Shown: piece after piece, positions 49,031 to 58,012 of the stretch
Layout of the letters: each line of letters starts with the position of its first letter
Numbering within the stretch: the first letter of the stretch is position 1
Assembly: GCA_019429105.1 (NCBI GenBank)
Contig: JAHYJE010000008.1
Span: forward strand, 2,931-66,930
Direction of reading: 5' to 3'
DNA from: Syntrophobacterales bacterium
GTDB lineage: Bacteria; Desulfobacterota; Syntrophia; Syntrophales; UBA5619
DNA: 64,000 bases
The notes under the pieces: generated by a model
What the model was told of the DNA's origin: nothing
Seen by the model: the letters and a program-made list of their open reading frames with translations, nothing else
Database searches by the model: none
Position numbers and translations under genes: made by a program

Positions 49031-49047
49031 AAGCAATGAACATGCCA
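49031..49047 (-). promoter_or_regulatory. sigma-54 (-24/-12) promoter of the decahaem cytochrome gene
   Basis: Minus strand TGGCATGTTCATTGCTT. One mismatch to TGGCAC-N5-TTGCW, with GG and GC 10 nt apart. About 90 nt upstream of the ATG at 48938. Confidence 0.7.
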
Positions 49048-49116
49048 CCTCTGCAATAACAAATTAACTCGTAATATTAGATATATGTTGATTTAATAAA
49101 ATTCCCGTTGTCCGAT

Positions 49117-49158
49117 AGGTGGTGAAATAACCAGATACCCCCGGTGATATTACCACCT
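49117..49158. promoter_or_regulatory. candidate enhancer (UAS): tandem GGT-N6-ACC palindromes
   Basis: GGTGAAATAACC (49121-49132) and GGTGATATTACC (49143-49154), centres 22 bp apart, nested in AGGTGGT...ACCACCT. They lie 74-107 nt upstream of the -24 element. Confidence 0.45.
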
Positions 49159-49355
49159 GTTTATTCTTCTGCTGGCGGTCAGGACGGCATTCTTCCGCCC
49201 CAAAACCATTAAAACCTGAAAATCAAGTCATAATTGGTAAGAATGGCATATTAGGCGCTGTAAATTTGTTGAGGTGTTCTGAAAAGTACCAAACTCAGGG
49301 TTAAAAAATAGAATAAAAGGCTCATTAACGCCGGAAGCAAGCAATTGCTACATTA

Positions 49356-49895
49356 TTAATCATTATCGGGACGGCGCTGGTTCCCAAATCTCCTTAATCC
49401 TCGCAAAGGTATGGGCACAGATTCATTTTCCGAGCTTTGCAGTTTGGGAGTTGATGCCCCGGTGCTGGAAACAGTTGGTGGTTGTCCCGCGGATGATGCT
49501 TGAGCCGGAAGGCGGGCGCCTGATTTCTGGGAGGAGAGGGCTGTGTCAAAAACGGTAACCACCTTCATTTTTTCATCATACATCAGCAACTTATTTTCAA
49601 TGCCGATGCTATTCAAGATGGATCTTAACCCCTCGTCCATCGTAGCCTTGTGCAGGGCTTGCGTGACTGGTTTGTCCAGCCATTTGTCGGGGGCCTTGAT
49701 CTTCCATCTGGTTGTTTTGGCGATTTTCCCCAGTACGCTGCGCAGCGGTTCATTACTGAAGTCCATGGTAATTGTGCCCGGAACCGCGGCTTTCTCCGCT
49801 CCCCAGCCGGGGGCTATTGCAAAAATGGCCGCCAGCAATCCAAAACAAACCAGAGTAAAAAATTTTTTCATTATTGCGATTGACTGGTTGAACAT
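49356..49895 (-). CDS. secreted hypothetical protein (possible STN-like N-domain, Ser/Pro/Gln-rich tail)
   Basis: Signal peptide KKFFTLVCFGLLAAIFAIAPGWGA. ITMDFSNEPLRSVLGKIAKTTRWKI resembles secretin/TonB short N-domains. The start is uncertain (49895 or 49871). Confidence 0.45.
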   Translation of the reverse strand: MFNQSIAIMKKFFTLVCFGLLAAIFAIAPGWGAEKAAVPGTITMDFSNEPLRSVLGKIAKTTRWKIKAPDKWLDKPVTQALHKATMDEGLRSILNSIGIENKLLMYDEKMKVVTVFDTALSSQKSGARLPAQASSAGQPPTVSSTGASTPKLQSSENESVPIPLRGLRRFGNQRRPDND

Positions 49896-49916
49896 AAGTT
49901 TACTTTTCTGCTGAAA

Positions 49917-50621
49917 TTATTGTTTCGTAACGATCTCGACCTTTGCCCTTTTGTTGAGCTCGTCGACCCAGGCTGCCCGGGTCATTCCCTTTTCCTGCGT
50001 TCCCTTGGCGACGAGCTTGGCAAGCAGAATATCCTTTTCCATCCGCTTCTCGAAAGCGGGCGGCGTCATACCGTGACTTTTCAAAAAGGCCTCGAAATCC
50101 TTGTCGGAAAGTTTGAGGTTTTTCTTGACGGCGCTGATTTTGTCGGCGATTTCCTGAGGGGACACGGTGATTTTTTCCTTGGCCGCCTCGGTCACCAGTA
50201 TTTTATCATGGATTATTTTATTCAGAATCTGCCTTCTCAAATCCGCCGCGGCCGCTTTGCCCGCGGGGGTGGAATCAGACTGGCCGTTTATACCGGTCGT
50301 CTTTTTATAGAGGTCTAATTTCTTATCCACCTCCGCGATGGTGATCTTTTCCCCATTGACGATGGCGGCCGTGTTCCAGCCGCCTTTCAGCGGGTTCGGC
50401 AGCAGGCCGGTAAAAATCAGCAGGGCCGCGCCTGACAAAACCACCAGCACTATGGCTATGATCGCATAGAGCTTTTTCCTGCCCGGTTCCTTCTGCTCCC
50501 GGGAGGTCGCCGTTATTGAATCTTTCACTTCGTTTTCGTTCACTTCCTTCCCGCATGCGCCGCAGATCGCCAATCCGTTTGCCAGGGCGCCTCCGCAGTG
50601 GGGACATTGCTGATTTTCCAT
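49917..50621 (-). CDS. membrane-anchored SurA-N-terminal-domain-like chaperone with N-terminal zinc ribbon
   Basis: CPHCGG...CGACG, one TM (LYAIIAIVLVVLSGAALLIF), then VNGEKITIAEVDKKL...ILNKIIHDKILVTEAAKEKITVS..E..., as in SurA/PpiD N-domains. GGGAGG RBS. Confidence 0.6.
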   Translation of the reverse strand: MENQQCPHCGGALANGLAICGACGKEVNENEVKDSITATSREQKEPGRKKLYAIIAIVLVVLSGAALLIFTGLLPNPLKGGWNTAAIVNGEKITIAEVDKKLDLYKKTTGINGQSDSTPAGKAAAADLRRQILNKIIHDKILVTEAAKEKITVSPQEIADKISAVKKNLKLSDKDFEAFLKSHGMTPPAFEKRMEKDILLAKLVAKGTQEKGMTRAAWVDELNKRAKVEIVTKQ

Positions 50622-50706
50622 TTTCTTAACCTCCCGGTATTTTGATCAAAACCTCGGGCGGCCTATGCCATAAGAGACCGACAAAGTAAAGGAAAGAAAA
50701 TCAAAG

Positions 50707-50835
50707 CTACCGGTCGCTGCTTTGGCGGCGTTGGGCAACCCACTCTTTCAGCGTGGCATCAATGCGCGCCTGCCAGCCGGGGCCGGTAGTGCGGAAATAC
50801 TCCAAGACATCACGGCTGTAGCGAACGGTGACGAA
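50707..50835 (-). pseudogene. BrnA/DUF4415-type antitoxin, C-terminal fragment without a start
   Basis: Own translation: FVTVRYSRDVLEYFRTTGPGWQARIDATLKEWVAQRRQSSDR*. Only stops (TAA TAA) and no start codon lie upstream in frame. Confidence 0.55.
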
Positions 50836-50859
50836 GAGAAAAAAGGGACAGGCTCCTTA

Positions 50860-51213
50860 TTATAGTGACAGGCTGTTTTTCAGCGCCATGTCCACCTTTT
50901 CCATGAGCTCGTCGGGGAGAGTCGCGAGCCTGGCTCCGGTCAACCTGCTTTTATCGAGGGTGTGGATCTGCGAGAGATTGACGATGGAATTCTTTTTCAG
51001 GCCGGAATCAGTGCCGATAACTACACAGATGGGGTAAGTGGCTTTTTTTTCGGAATATTCGGTGATGACGGCAACGATGGTCGTGGGTGAGTACTGATTG
51101 CCGACATCGTTCTGAACCATCAACACCGGGCGGGTTTTCCCTGTTTCGCTTCCCACCACTGGATCGAGCGCTGCGTAATAGACATCTCCTCTTTTGACCT
51201 GCACGGAAGTCAT
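50860..51213 (-). CDS. mazF: MazF/PemK-family type II toxin (endoribonuclease)
   Basis: VKRGDVYYAALDPVVGSETGKTRPVLMVQND..., IVAVIT, NSIVNLSQIHTLDKSRL. Confidence 0.88.
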   Translation of the reverse strand: MTSVQVKRGDVYYAALDPVVGSETGKTRPVLMVQNDVGNQYSPTTIVAVITEYSEKKATYPICVVIGTDSGLKKNSIVNLSQIHTLDKSRLTGARLATLPDELMEKVDMALKNSLSL

Positions 51214-51482
51214 GGGGCAGCCTCGGGGAGATTCTCGGCATCAGAGAACTTGAAATCCTCACAGATGCGGATGTTTTCCTCGGCTAGCTCCTGATAGGCG
51301 GTTTTCATTTGCTGATTGAGGTTCTGCCTTTCGATCTGCATTAATTTTTCCTCGATGGACTCCCGCACGAGGGAGGAAACATTTTTCCCCTCACGGGCAG
51401 AGGCTTGGAAAAGCCTGACCTTGATCTCCGTCGGGAGTTGAATATTGATTCGCGTTTTTTCCTGCTGTGCCGTTGATAGCAT
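51210..51482 (-). CDS. ribbon-helix-helix (CopG-type) antitoxin paired with MazF
   Basis: 90 aa. RINIQLPTEIKVRLFQASAREGKNVSSLVRESIEEKL. 4-nt overlap with mazF. Confidence 0.75.
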   Translation of the reverse strand: MLSTAQQEKTRINIQLPTEIKVRLFQASAREGKNVSSLVRESIEEKLMQIERQNLNQQMKTAYQELAEENIRICEDFKFSDAENLPEAAP

Positions 51483-51774
51483 TTTTACGCCTCACTTTTG
51501 TGTATAAAAGATGTGCGAGATCTTGTAGCAAAAACCGATGGAGAAAGTCAATTGATTTTCTCCATCCTCGCCCGCAGGCATAGGCCGCCGGTCAATGTGT
51601 GAGCATTAGTCTCTTCCGGCAAAATTCAGCAATATCAAAGACATCAGCGTCTGCTCATCCGTCCATCCCTGATGATGCAGGCATTCAATGAAATTACTTG
51701 ACTTTAGATCCTCTTGGTCCGATATTATCGCCGTGGAAACACGCTGTCGGGATCAAAGAAAAGAGGAGTATTTT

Positions 51775-51999
51775 ATGAGGACCGCAAATAATTTAGAGAA
51801 GATAGAAAATAAAATTATGGAGTTGTCTGTATCCGAGCAGATTCATTTGCTTGAACGCGTTGCCAGACGGGTCCGCACCGCTCAGATAAAATCAGGAATA
51901 GCCCTGAACTGGAACGATCTGTACGGTACGGGAAAGGGCCTATGGAACGGGAATGATGCCCAGGATTATGTGAATCGGGCGAGAGAAGAACGGATATGA
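51775..51999 (+). CDS. VapB-like antitoxin
   Basis: ATG at 51775 preceded by AAGAGGAG. ...LYGTGKGLWNGNDAQDYVNRAREE tail common in PIN-associated antitoxins. 4-nt overlap with the PIN gene. Confidence 0.6.
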   Translation: MRTANNLEKIENKIMELSVSEQIHLLERVARRVRTAQIKSGIALNWNDLYGTGKGLWNGNDAQDYVNRAREERI

Positions 52000-52289
52000 C
52001 CCTTTCCGAAGTCTTGCCGAAACCGGTGGAGACGGGTAATGACGAACTGGCGGAAAAATTCAAGACGTATCTCAAAAACGGACAGAACCTGATCCTGCTC
52101 CCGATTACGGAAGCCATTGGCGAAACCGCAGGCATTCTTCGGGGCAAATATCCGCAGCTTAAAACCGTTGACGCCGTTCAGATCGCTGCGGCGCTCGACG
52201 CCGGAGTGGACGCCTTTTTAACCAACGACAAGAAGCTTTCAGGAATCAAGGAAATCAAGATTCTTGTTTTGAACGATTATCTCTTCTGA
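51996..52289 (+). CDS. vapC: PIN-domain (VapC) toxin, N-terminally short and probably decayed
   Basis: 97 aa. The C-terminal half is PIN-like (TVDAVQIAAALDAGVDAFLTNDKKL), but the usual N-terminal Asp-containing strand (..DTS/DTN..) is not visible. Confidence 0.55.
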   Translation: MTLSEVLPKPVETGNDELAEKFKTYLKNGQNLILLPITEAIGETAGILRGKYPQLKTVDAVQIAAALDAGVDAFLTNDKKLSGIKEIKILVLNDYLF

Positions 52290-52338
52290 GAAATCCTGGT
52301 ACCCCCCAAACGAAAGGCGGACGCGCAAGGGAGGTAAT

Positions 52339-52465
52339 TTCGTCATAATCTCCACCTTCGCCTTTTTGTTAAGCTCACCGATCCAGACCTCCCATCCCTT
52401 TTTCCTGCGTTCCCTTGGCGGCGCGCTTGGTAGGCAGAATATCCTTTTCCATCCGCTTTTCTCGG
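52339..52465 (-). pseudogene. decayed duplicate of the 3' end of the SurA-like gene
   Basis: About 80% identical by eye to 49924-50052 (e.g. CCTGCGTTCCCTTGGCG...GCAGAATATCCTTTTCCATCCGCTT), with indels that break the frame. Confidence 0.7.
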
Positions 52466-52558
52466 TCTTCTGGACACTCGCAATAAATCTGTCCCCTTAT
52501 GGTAGGGCACGCCGTCAAATATTTATTCAATTTCAATGACGATGGGTTGTTACCGGCA

Positions 52559-53797
52559 TTATCCGGTCAGCATCAAAAACTCTGCGGCGGGAATCAGAAA
52601 ACAGTTGTCAGGGAATGCTTCTGCCCTGTCCAGATCGCGGACGATCTGGTAGCAGGGGAGGTTCAGCAGCCGACCAAAATGCCGGATAGCCGGGGTTATC
52701 TCGCGCCCGCTTTCCTTTGCCTCAAAAAGGGCCAGGGGCCGGTTGTCCTTAACCAGGACGAAATCGACTTCCCGTTTGGCTGTGTCGCGGATGTACATGA
52801 CCTCGAAAATTCCGAGGCCCGTTTCCGTGAAGCGTGCCGCCATTCTCATGAGACTGACCGCCAGGAAGTTCTCAAAACGGGGCCCCTCCTCCGGCAGCAT
52901 TGACCAGTCGTATAAGTAAAGTTTGGGCTCCTTCTTCAGCGAACGCTGGATCTGCCTGTGCCAGGGCCTGATCGTGAATGCCAGATATACTTCCTTTAGA
53001 ATCTCGATCCAGTTGAGAACCGTGCTGTGGTGGCAATTCAAATCCTCCCGCAGGGAATTGACGCTCAGGGGCGCCCCGATCTTTGAGGGGAGGAGCTCGA
53101 CCAGATGTTCGAGCCCCCGGATATCGGCGATGCGGGCCAGGTCGCGGACATCCTCTTTTGTCAGAAGAGTCTTGTAATCGGTCTGCCAGCGGCGGTGAAA
53201 CTTCGGCGACGCCTTCAGGAAAGGTTCCGGAAAACCGCCCAAACGGAGCAATCCGCCCAGGGCCTCCCTGTGCTTGTCTGTATCGACCTTTCTGACCTCC
53301 CGCAGTAGAGAGTCGCCATTTTCAAGGAGCAGATCGTCGGCCAGAACGAAGGAAAAATCTGCCGTTGCCTCGGCCAGCCCCAAAGGGAACATCCGGTACG
53401 AAAAGTATCGGCCTACCAGCGAATCTCCCGACTTTCGATACATTCCCAGACGCGAACTTCCGGTAACCAGAAGCCGGATCTTTTCCCTGTTGGAATCGTA
53501 AAATCCCTTGAGGATATCCCGCCAGTTTTTCTGCTTGTGGATTTCGTCGAACACAATCGGAACGGGTTCGCCTTTGTATCGTTCCTCGACGATGTTTTTG
53601 AAAAAGAGCGGATTTCTACGGTATTGGGCAATGATGGCAGGATCGTCCCAGTTGAAGTACATATCGCTGCATCCGGCGGAGCTGAGCCAGTTTCGGGCAA
53701 AGGTCGTCTTGCCTACCTGCCGGGGGCCGGTCAGGAAGATCATCTTGCCCGCCGTCATTTCGGGATCGAACAGGTATCTCGCCACCAAACGTTCCAT
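52559..53797 (-). CDS. AAA-type ATPase with DUF4143-like C-terminal domain
   Basis: 412 aa. Walker A LTGPRQVGKTT, Walker B IVFDEIH, and a C-terminal region like the AAA_14/DUF4143 family. Confidence 0.75.
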   Translation of the reverse strand: MERLVARYLFDPEMTAGKMIFLTGPRQVGKTTFARNWLSSAGCSDMYFNWDDPAIIAQYRRNPLFFKNIVEERYKGEPVPIVFDEIHKQKNWRDILKGFYDSNREKIRLLVTGSSRLGMYRKSGDSLVGRYFSYRMFPLGLAEATADFSFVLADDLLLENGDSLLREVRKVDTDKHREALGGLLRLGGFPEPFLKASPKFHRRWQTDYKTLLTKEDVRDLARIADIRGLEHLVELLPSKIGAPLSVNSLREDLNCHHSTVLNWIEILKEVYLAFTIRPWHRQIQRSLKKEPKLYLYDWSMLPEEGPRFENFLAVSLMRMAARFTETGLGIFEVMYIRDTAKREVDFVLVKDNRPLALFEAKESGREITPAIRHFGRLLNLPCYQIVRDLDRAEAFPDNCFLIPAAEFLMLTG

Positions 53798-53854
53798 GGC
53801 GATAAAATTTCATACATGCGAAAGAAAATCAAGATATATTTTCGTGGTTGCGGA

Positions 53855-53912
53855 AAAATATCCCGATCTTAAATCAGTGGATGCCGTTCAGATTGCCGCA
53901 GCGCTCGTTTGA
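53855..53912 (+). pseudogene. second vapC 3' remnant
   Basis: AAATATCCCGATCTTAAATCAGTGGATGCCGTTCAGATTGCCGCAGCGCTCG parallels 52146-52197. The text jumps to ..TGAGAAATCCTGG, as at 52287-52299, so about 90 bp are missing relative to the first copy. Confidence 0.65.
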
Positions 53913-53941
53913 GAAATCCTGGCATATATCCTCGCAACACG

Positions 53942-54217
53942 TTACTTAAATAAATCTGAATGTGTCCCGGTTCTTATCAGGAATAAAGTGTTTTCATCAT
54001 ATTTGTAAATTAGCAGCCAATCTGATTCAATATGGCAATCTCTGCAACCATAATAATTTCCTGCCAATTTATGGTCCCGATATATTGAATCCAATTTTTC
54101 TTTGCGCCATAGAGAACGTATTACGGATTTAAGTTTTTCCATGTCCTTGCCTCTTCCAAGCTGGCGTTTGACGTCTTTCTCAAAAGCGGTACTGCCATGA
54201 ATTTGCTTCATCATCAA
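53942..54217 (-). CDS. yafQ: YafQ-family type II toxin (RelE/ParE superfamily)
   Basis: FEKDVKRQLGRGKDMEKL, YRDHKLAGNYYGCRDCHIESDWLLIYKYDENTLFLIRTGTHSDLF. Confidence 0.88.
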   Translation of the reverse strand: MMMKQIHGSTAFEKDVKRQLGRGKDMEKLKSVIRSLWRKEKLDSIYRDHKLAGNYYGCRDCHIESDWLLIYKYDENTLFLIRTGTHSDLFK

Positions 54218-54489
54218 ATACCGAGATGCGTGAATAGTTCTTCTGTGTCTTCGAAATTTTTTCCGCCGCCAGCTTCAACTTCCTTCATGGCTGACATAGT
54301 TTCGGCATTGGGAATGTTTATTTCAAAAGGCAAGCCGCGATGAAGTTCTACTTGCTTGAAGAACAGCGTAATTGCTTGCGTGGTTGACAGGCCTAAAAGT
54401 TCAAAATATTTCTCCGCGCTTGTCTTTAATGCCGGTTCAATACGGGCGCGAACCATGGCGCTTTTTATATTAGCCGTTGTTTTATGCAT
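54214..54489 (-). CDS. dinJ: DinJ/RelB-family antitoxin
   Basis: ATG at 54487-54489. VRARIEPALKTSAEKYFELLGLSTTQAITLFFKQVELHRGLPFE. 4-nt overlap with yafQ. The track extension to 54576 is probably spurious. Confidence 0.85.
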   Translation of the reverse strand: MHKTTANIKSAMVRARIEPALKTSAEKYFELLGLSTTQAITLFFKQVELHRGLPFEINIPNAETMSAMKEVEAGGGKNFEDTEELFTHLGI

Positions 54490-54625
54490 GTTTTTATTTC
54501 CCCCTGCGGCAGAAATGTAGCACATACGGGGTACACCGTCAAATATTTCTTCAACTTCTTCAACTTCAATTGACACAACCGCCTATACTGAATATACTAC
54601 CAACGATTTAAAAGCTGAGGGGAAG

Positions 54626-54940
54626 ATGATGCCGGAAGAGACTTTTGGTCGGCCCGAGGAAGATGTGGAAACCGGGCAGGAGGTGCAGGAACCCAAAATG
54701 TACCGGGTGATCCTCCACAACGATGATTATACGACGATGGATTTTGTGGTGGAGATTCTCATTGCCGTTTTCCATAAGCCGGCGGCCGAGGCGACCCGGA
54801 TCATGCTCGACGTGCATCAGAAAGGGATGGGCGTCTGCGGCGTTTATACCTACGATATAGCCAGAACGCGGGTGGCAATGGTTCATAAGTTGGCCATAAA
54901 GCGGGAGTTTCCGCTGAAGTGTTCCCTTGATGAGGTCTGA
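54626..54940 (+). CDS. clpS: ATP-dependent Clp protease adaptor ClpS
   Basis: MYRVILHNDDYTTMDFVVEIL..VF, IMLDVHQKG.GVCGVYTYDIA. Confidence 0.93.
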   Translation: MMPEETFGRPEEDVETGQEVQEPKMYRVILHNDDYTTMDFVVEILIAVFHKPAAEATRIMLDVHQKGMGVCGVYTYDIARTRVAMVHKLAIKREFPLKCSLDEV

Positions 54941-55059
54941 GCGTTTTCATGGAAATTGGCAAGACGCGCTCTGCCGCGTCCGGGGCGGTTGTCTGAAAGG
55001 GAAACCATCATAAATCAACAAATTATGCATGCATTTTTAGGTGCAAGGAGCATTCTCAG

Positions 55060-57348
55060 ATGAAAATAAGTGAAAGCCTCAACCGGATAATAATGGCCGC
55101 CTATGCCGAGGCGAATGTCAGGAGGCATGATTTCATAACGCCGGAGCACCTTCTCTACGCCTCTCTTTTTTTTGACGAGGGAAAAGAGATCATCGCCGGC
55201 TGCGGCGGGGATCCATCCCGCCTGCGCAAGCTGATCGAAAAGCACCTTGAAGAGACCGCCTCCGTAGCGGGGGCGATGAACCGGGCGGCCCAGTCCGTCG
55301 GGTTTCAGAACGTCCTGGAGCGGGCCGCCTGGCATACCACATCCGCGCAGAAAGAGATGCTGGATCTGGGCGACGTGCTGGTTTCCATCCTTGAGGAAAG
55401 GGAATCCCACGCCTCCTACTTTCTGCAGCGGGAGGGGATAAGCCGTCTATCCATCCTTGAATATATCTCCCACGGCATTGCCTCGCCTGCGGGGGCGGAG
55501 GAAACGCGGAGAGGGGGCGCTGGAGCTCAGCCAGGGGGAAATGCCCAGGAGGACAGGGAAAAGCAGAACAAGTTCCTCCGCTCTTTCACGACGGAACTAG
55601 TGGCCAAGGCAAAGGCCGGCGAGATGGATCCGCTGATCGGCCGGGAAGAGGTTTTGCAGCGGACAATCCAGGTGCTCTGCCGGCGCTTCAAGAACAATCC
55701 GGTGCACGTAGGTGAGCCGGGCGTCGGCAAAACGGCGATCACCGAGGGGCTGGCCCAGCTTGTCGCCAGCGGGATGGTTCCCCAAAAACTTAAAAATGTG
55801 GAAATATATTCGCTTGATATGGGATCGGTCCTGGCGGGCACCCGTTTTCGCGGTGATTTCGAAGAGCGCCTGAAACGCATCCTCGCCGAGCTGCAGAAAA
55901 AGGAGAACGCTGTCCTCTTTATCGATGAAATCCATAATATTATCGGCGCCGGGGCGGTTTCCAGCGGTTCGCTGGATGCCTCCAACATCCTGAAGCCGGC
56001 CCTTGTTTCGGGAAAGCTGCGCTGCATCGGTTCGACCACCTACGACGAATACCGGAAGTATTTCGAAAAGGACGGCGCCCTTTCCCGGCGCTTCCAGAAG
56101 GTTGAGGTTCCGGAACCATCGGTCGAGGAGACGGTGCGGATTCTCGAGGGAATCCGGCAGCGGTATGAGACATACCATCAGGTCGCTTACACGGAGGATG
56201 CCCTCCGGATGGCCGCCGAGCTTTCCGGCCGGTATATCAGCGATCGCCGTCTGCCGGACAAGGCGATCGATGTGATCGACGAGGCAGGCGCCTTGATCTC
56301 GATGAATTTTCAGGAGGCCGAAACGGCGGCTGAAGCCGCGGCAATCGGCGTCGAGGAGATTGAAAAGGTTGTCGCCCGCATCGCCCGAATTCCCGAGCGG
56401 ACGGTGTCTTCTACCGAGGTGGAAAAACTCCGCGATCTCGAAGGCGAGCTGAAGGCCCGGGTTTTCGGACAGGATGAGGCGGTTGCAAGGGTTGTGGATG
56501 CCATCAAGCGGGCGCGGGCGGGTTTTCGCGAACCGGAGAAGCCGGTTGCCTCGCTGCTCTTTGTGGGACCGACGGGGGTAGGCAAGACCGAACTGGCCCG
56601 CCAGCTTGCCGCAATCCTCGGTTTGCCGCTCTTGCGTTTCGACATGGGCGAGTATCAGGAAAAACACGCCGTCGCGAAATTCGTCGGCGCCCCTCCCGGA
56701 TATGTCGGCTATGAAGAGGGCGGTCTCCTTACCGAATCCATTCGCAAGAACCCGCACGCCGTTTTGCTGCTCGACGAGATCGAGAAGGCGCATGAGGACG
56801 TCTTCAACTCGCTGCTTTCGATCATGGATTACGCGACCTTAACCGACAACAACGGGAAAAAGGCCGATTTCCGGAATGTCGTTCTGCTTATGACTTCAAA
56901 CGCCGGCGCGCGGGAGATCGGCCGGCAGACGATCGGGTTCGAGGGACAGCCGATCCAGCGCAATGCCGTTTACAAGGCCCTTGAGCGCACCTTTTCGCCG
57001 GAATTCCGCAACCGCCTGGATGCCGTTGTCAACTTCAATGCCCTGAATGATGAAATTGTCCTGCGAATCGTCAAAAAGGCCATCGCCGAATTTTCGGGGC
57101 AGCTTGTCGCGAAAAAGGTGCTGTTCACGGTTAACGACGAATGCTGCGCCTGGCTTGCCCGTCGGGGTTATTCCGCGGAGTTCGGGGCGAGGGAAATCGC
57201 CCGCCTTGTCCAGGAAAAGATCAAGGGGTTCTTTGTAGAAGAAGTGCTCTTCGGCAGCCTGCGCGAGGGCGGCGAAGCCGTGGCGACGATTGAAAAGGAC
57301 GATGTCGTAATCAGGGTAACCCATGCCGGTATATCTCCTGACCGCTGA
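55060..57348 (+). CDS. clpA: ATP-dependent Clp protease ATP-binding subunit ClpA
   Basis: 762 aa. Clp N-domain, two AAA+ modules ([10 protein letters not shown]; [15 protein letters not shown]), no long ClpB-type middle domain. Follows clpS. Confidence 0.93.
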   Translation: MKISESLNRIIMAAYAEANVRRHDFITPEHLLYASLFFDEGKEIIAGCGGDPSRLRKLIEKHLEETASVAGAMNRAAQSVGFQNVLERAAWHTTSAQKEMLDLGDVLVSILEERESHASYFLQREGISRLSILEYISHGIASPAGAEETRRGGAGAQPGGNAQEDREKQNKFLRSFTTELVAKAKAGEMDPLIGREEVLQRTIQVLCRRFKNNPVHVGEPGVGKTAITEGLAQLVASGMVPQKLKNVEIYSLDMGSVLAGTRFRGDFEERLKRILAELQKKENAVLFIDEIHNIIGAGAVSSGSLDASNILKPALVSGKLRCIGSTTYDEYRKYFEKDGALSRRFQKVEVPEPSVEETVRILEGIRQRYETYHQVAYTEDALRMAAELSGRYISDRRLPDKAIDVIDEAGALISMNFQEAETAAEAAAIGVEEIEKVVARIARIPERTVSSTEVEKLRDLEGELKARVFGQDEAVARVVDAIKRARAGFREPEKPVASLLFVGPTGVGKTELARQLAAILGLPLLRFDMGEYQEKHAVAKFVGAPPGYVGYEEGGLLTESIRKNPHAVLLLDEIEKAHEDVFNSLLSIMDYATLTDNNGKKADFRNVVLLMTSNAGAREIGRQTIGFEGQPIQRNAVYKALERTFSPEFRNRLDAVVNFNALNDEIVLRIVKKAIAEFSGQLVAKKVLFTVNDECCAWLARRGYSAEFGAREIARLVQEKIKGFFVEEVLFGSLREGGEAVATIEKDDVVIRVTHAGISPDR

Positions 57349-58012
57349 ACCTCTCTTCCCTCCGGTGGAACTCGCTGAACCGGAGGGGCTCCTGGCCGTA
57401 GGCGGCGATCTGTCGCCGGAAAGGCTGCTTGCCGCTTATAGCGCCGGCATTTTCCCCTGGTACAGCGAAGGCGAGCCGCTTCTCTGGTGGTCGCCGGATC
57501 CCCGGTTTGTCCTTTTCCCGGAAGAACTGCGCGTCTCCCGGAGCATGCGGCAGTTTCTCAAAAAGAAAATAGTTGAGACAACCTTCGACAAGGCGTTTCC
57601 TGCGGTGATCTCCGCCTGCGGCAGCCGTCCGCGTCCCGGGCAGGACGGAACCTGGATCACCCCGGAAATGGTCGCCTCCTACAACAATCTTCATAAACTT
57701 GGGTTTGCCCACTCCGTCGAGGCCTGGGACGGCGAAAAACTGGTCGGAGGGCTCTACGGCGTCTCGCTGGGCCGCACGTTTTTCGGCGAATCGATGTTTT
57801 CGGCAATCCCGAATGCCTCCAAGGCAGCCTTGATCGCCCTTGTTTCTTTTCTGCGCGCGCGGGGCTTTGACCTCATCGATTGTCAGGTGGAAACCGGACA
57901 TCTGGGAAGTATGGGGGCCCGTTTTGTTTCCCGTGCAGAATTCTGCCGTCTGCTGCAGGCTTCCCTGCGACATGAGACCTTGCAAAAAAACTGGGGGGAA
58001 AGCGAAGCTTAA
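57323..58012 (+). CDS. aat: leucyl/phenylalanyl-tRNA--protein transferase
   Basis: [48 protein letters not shown]. Overlaps the clpA end by 26 nt. Confidence 0.9.
   Translation: MPVYLLTAEPLFPPVELAEPEGLLAVGGDLSPERLLAAYSAGIFPWYSEGEPLLWWSPDPRFVLFPEELRVSRSMRQFLKKKIVETTFDKAFPAVISACGSRPRPGQDGTWITPEMVASYNNLHKLGFAHSVEAWDGEKLVGGLYGVSLGRTFFGESMFSAIPNASKAALIALVSFLRARGFDLIDCQVETGHLGSMGARFVSRAEFCRLLQASLRHETLQKNWGESEA

Noticed and set aside
49244-49259. Plus-strand TGGCATATTAGGCGCT resembling a -24/-12 element
   Set aside because: The -12 half lacks TTGC, and there is no plus-strand gene downstream for several kb.
54490-54576. 29-codon extension of dinJ (MSIEVEEVEEIFDGVPRMCYISAAGGNKN)
   Set aside because: DinJ-family proteins start close to the beta-strand (MHKTTANIKSAMVRARI...). 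The extension coincides with a repeated scar sequence that also occurs at 52508-52540.
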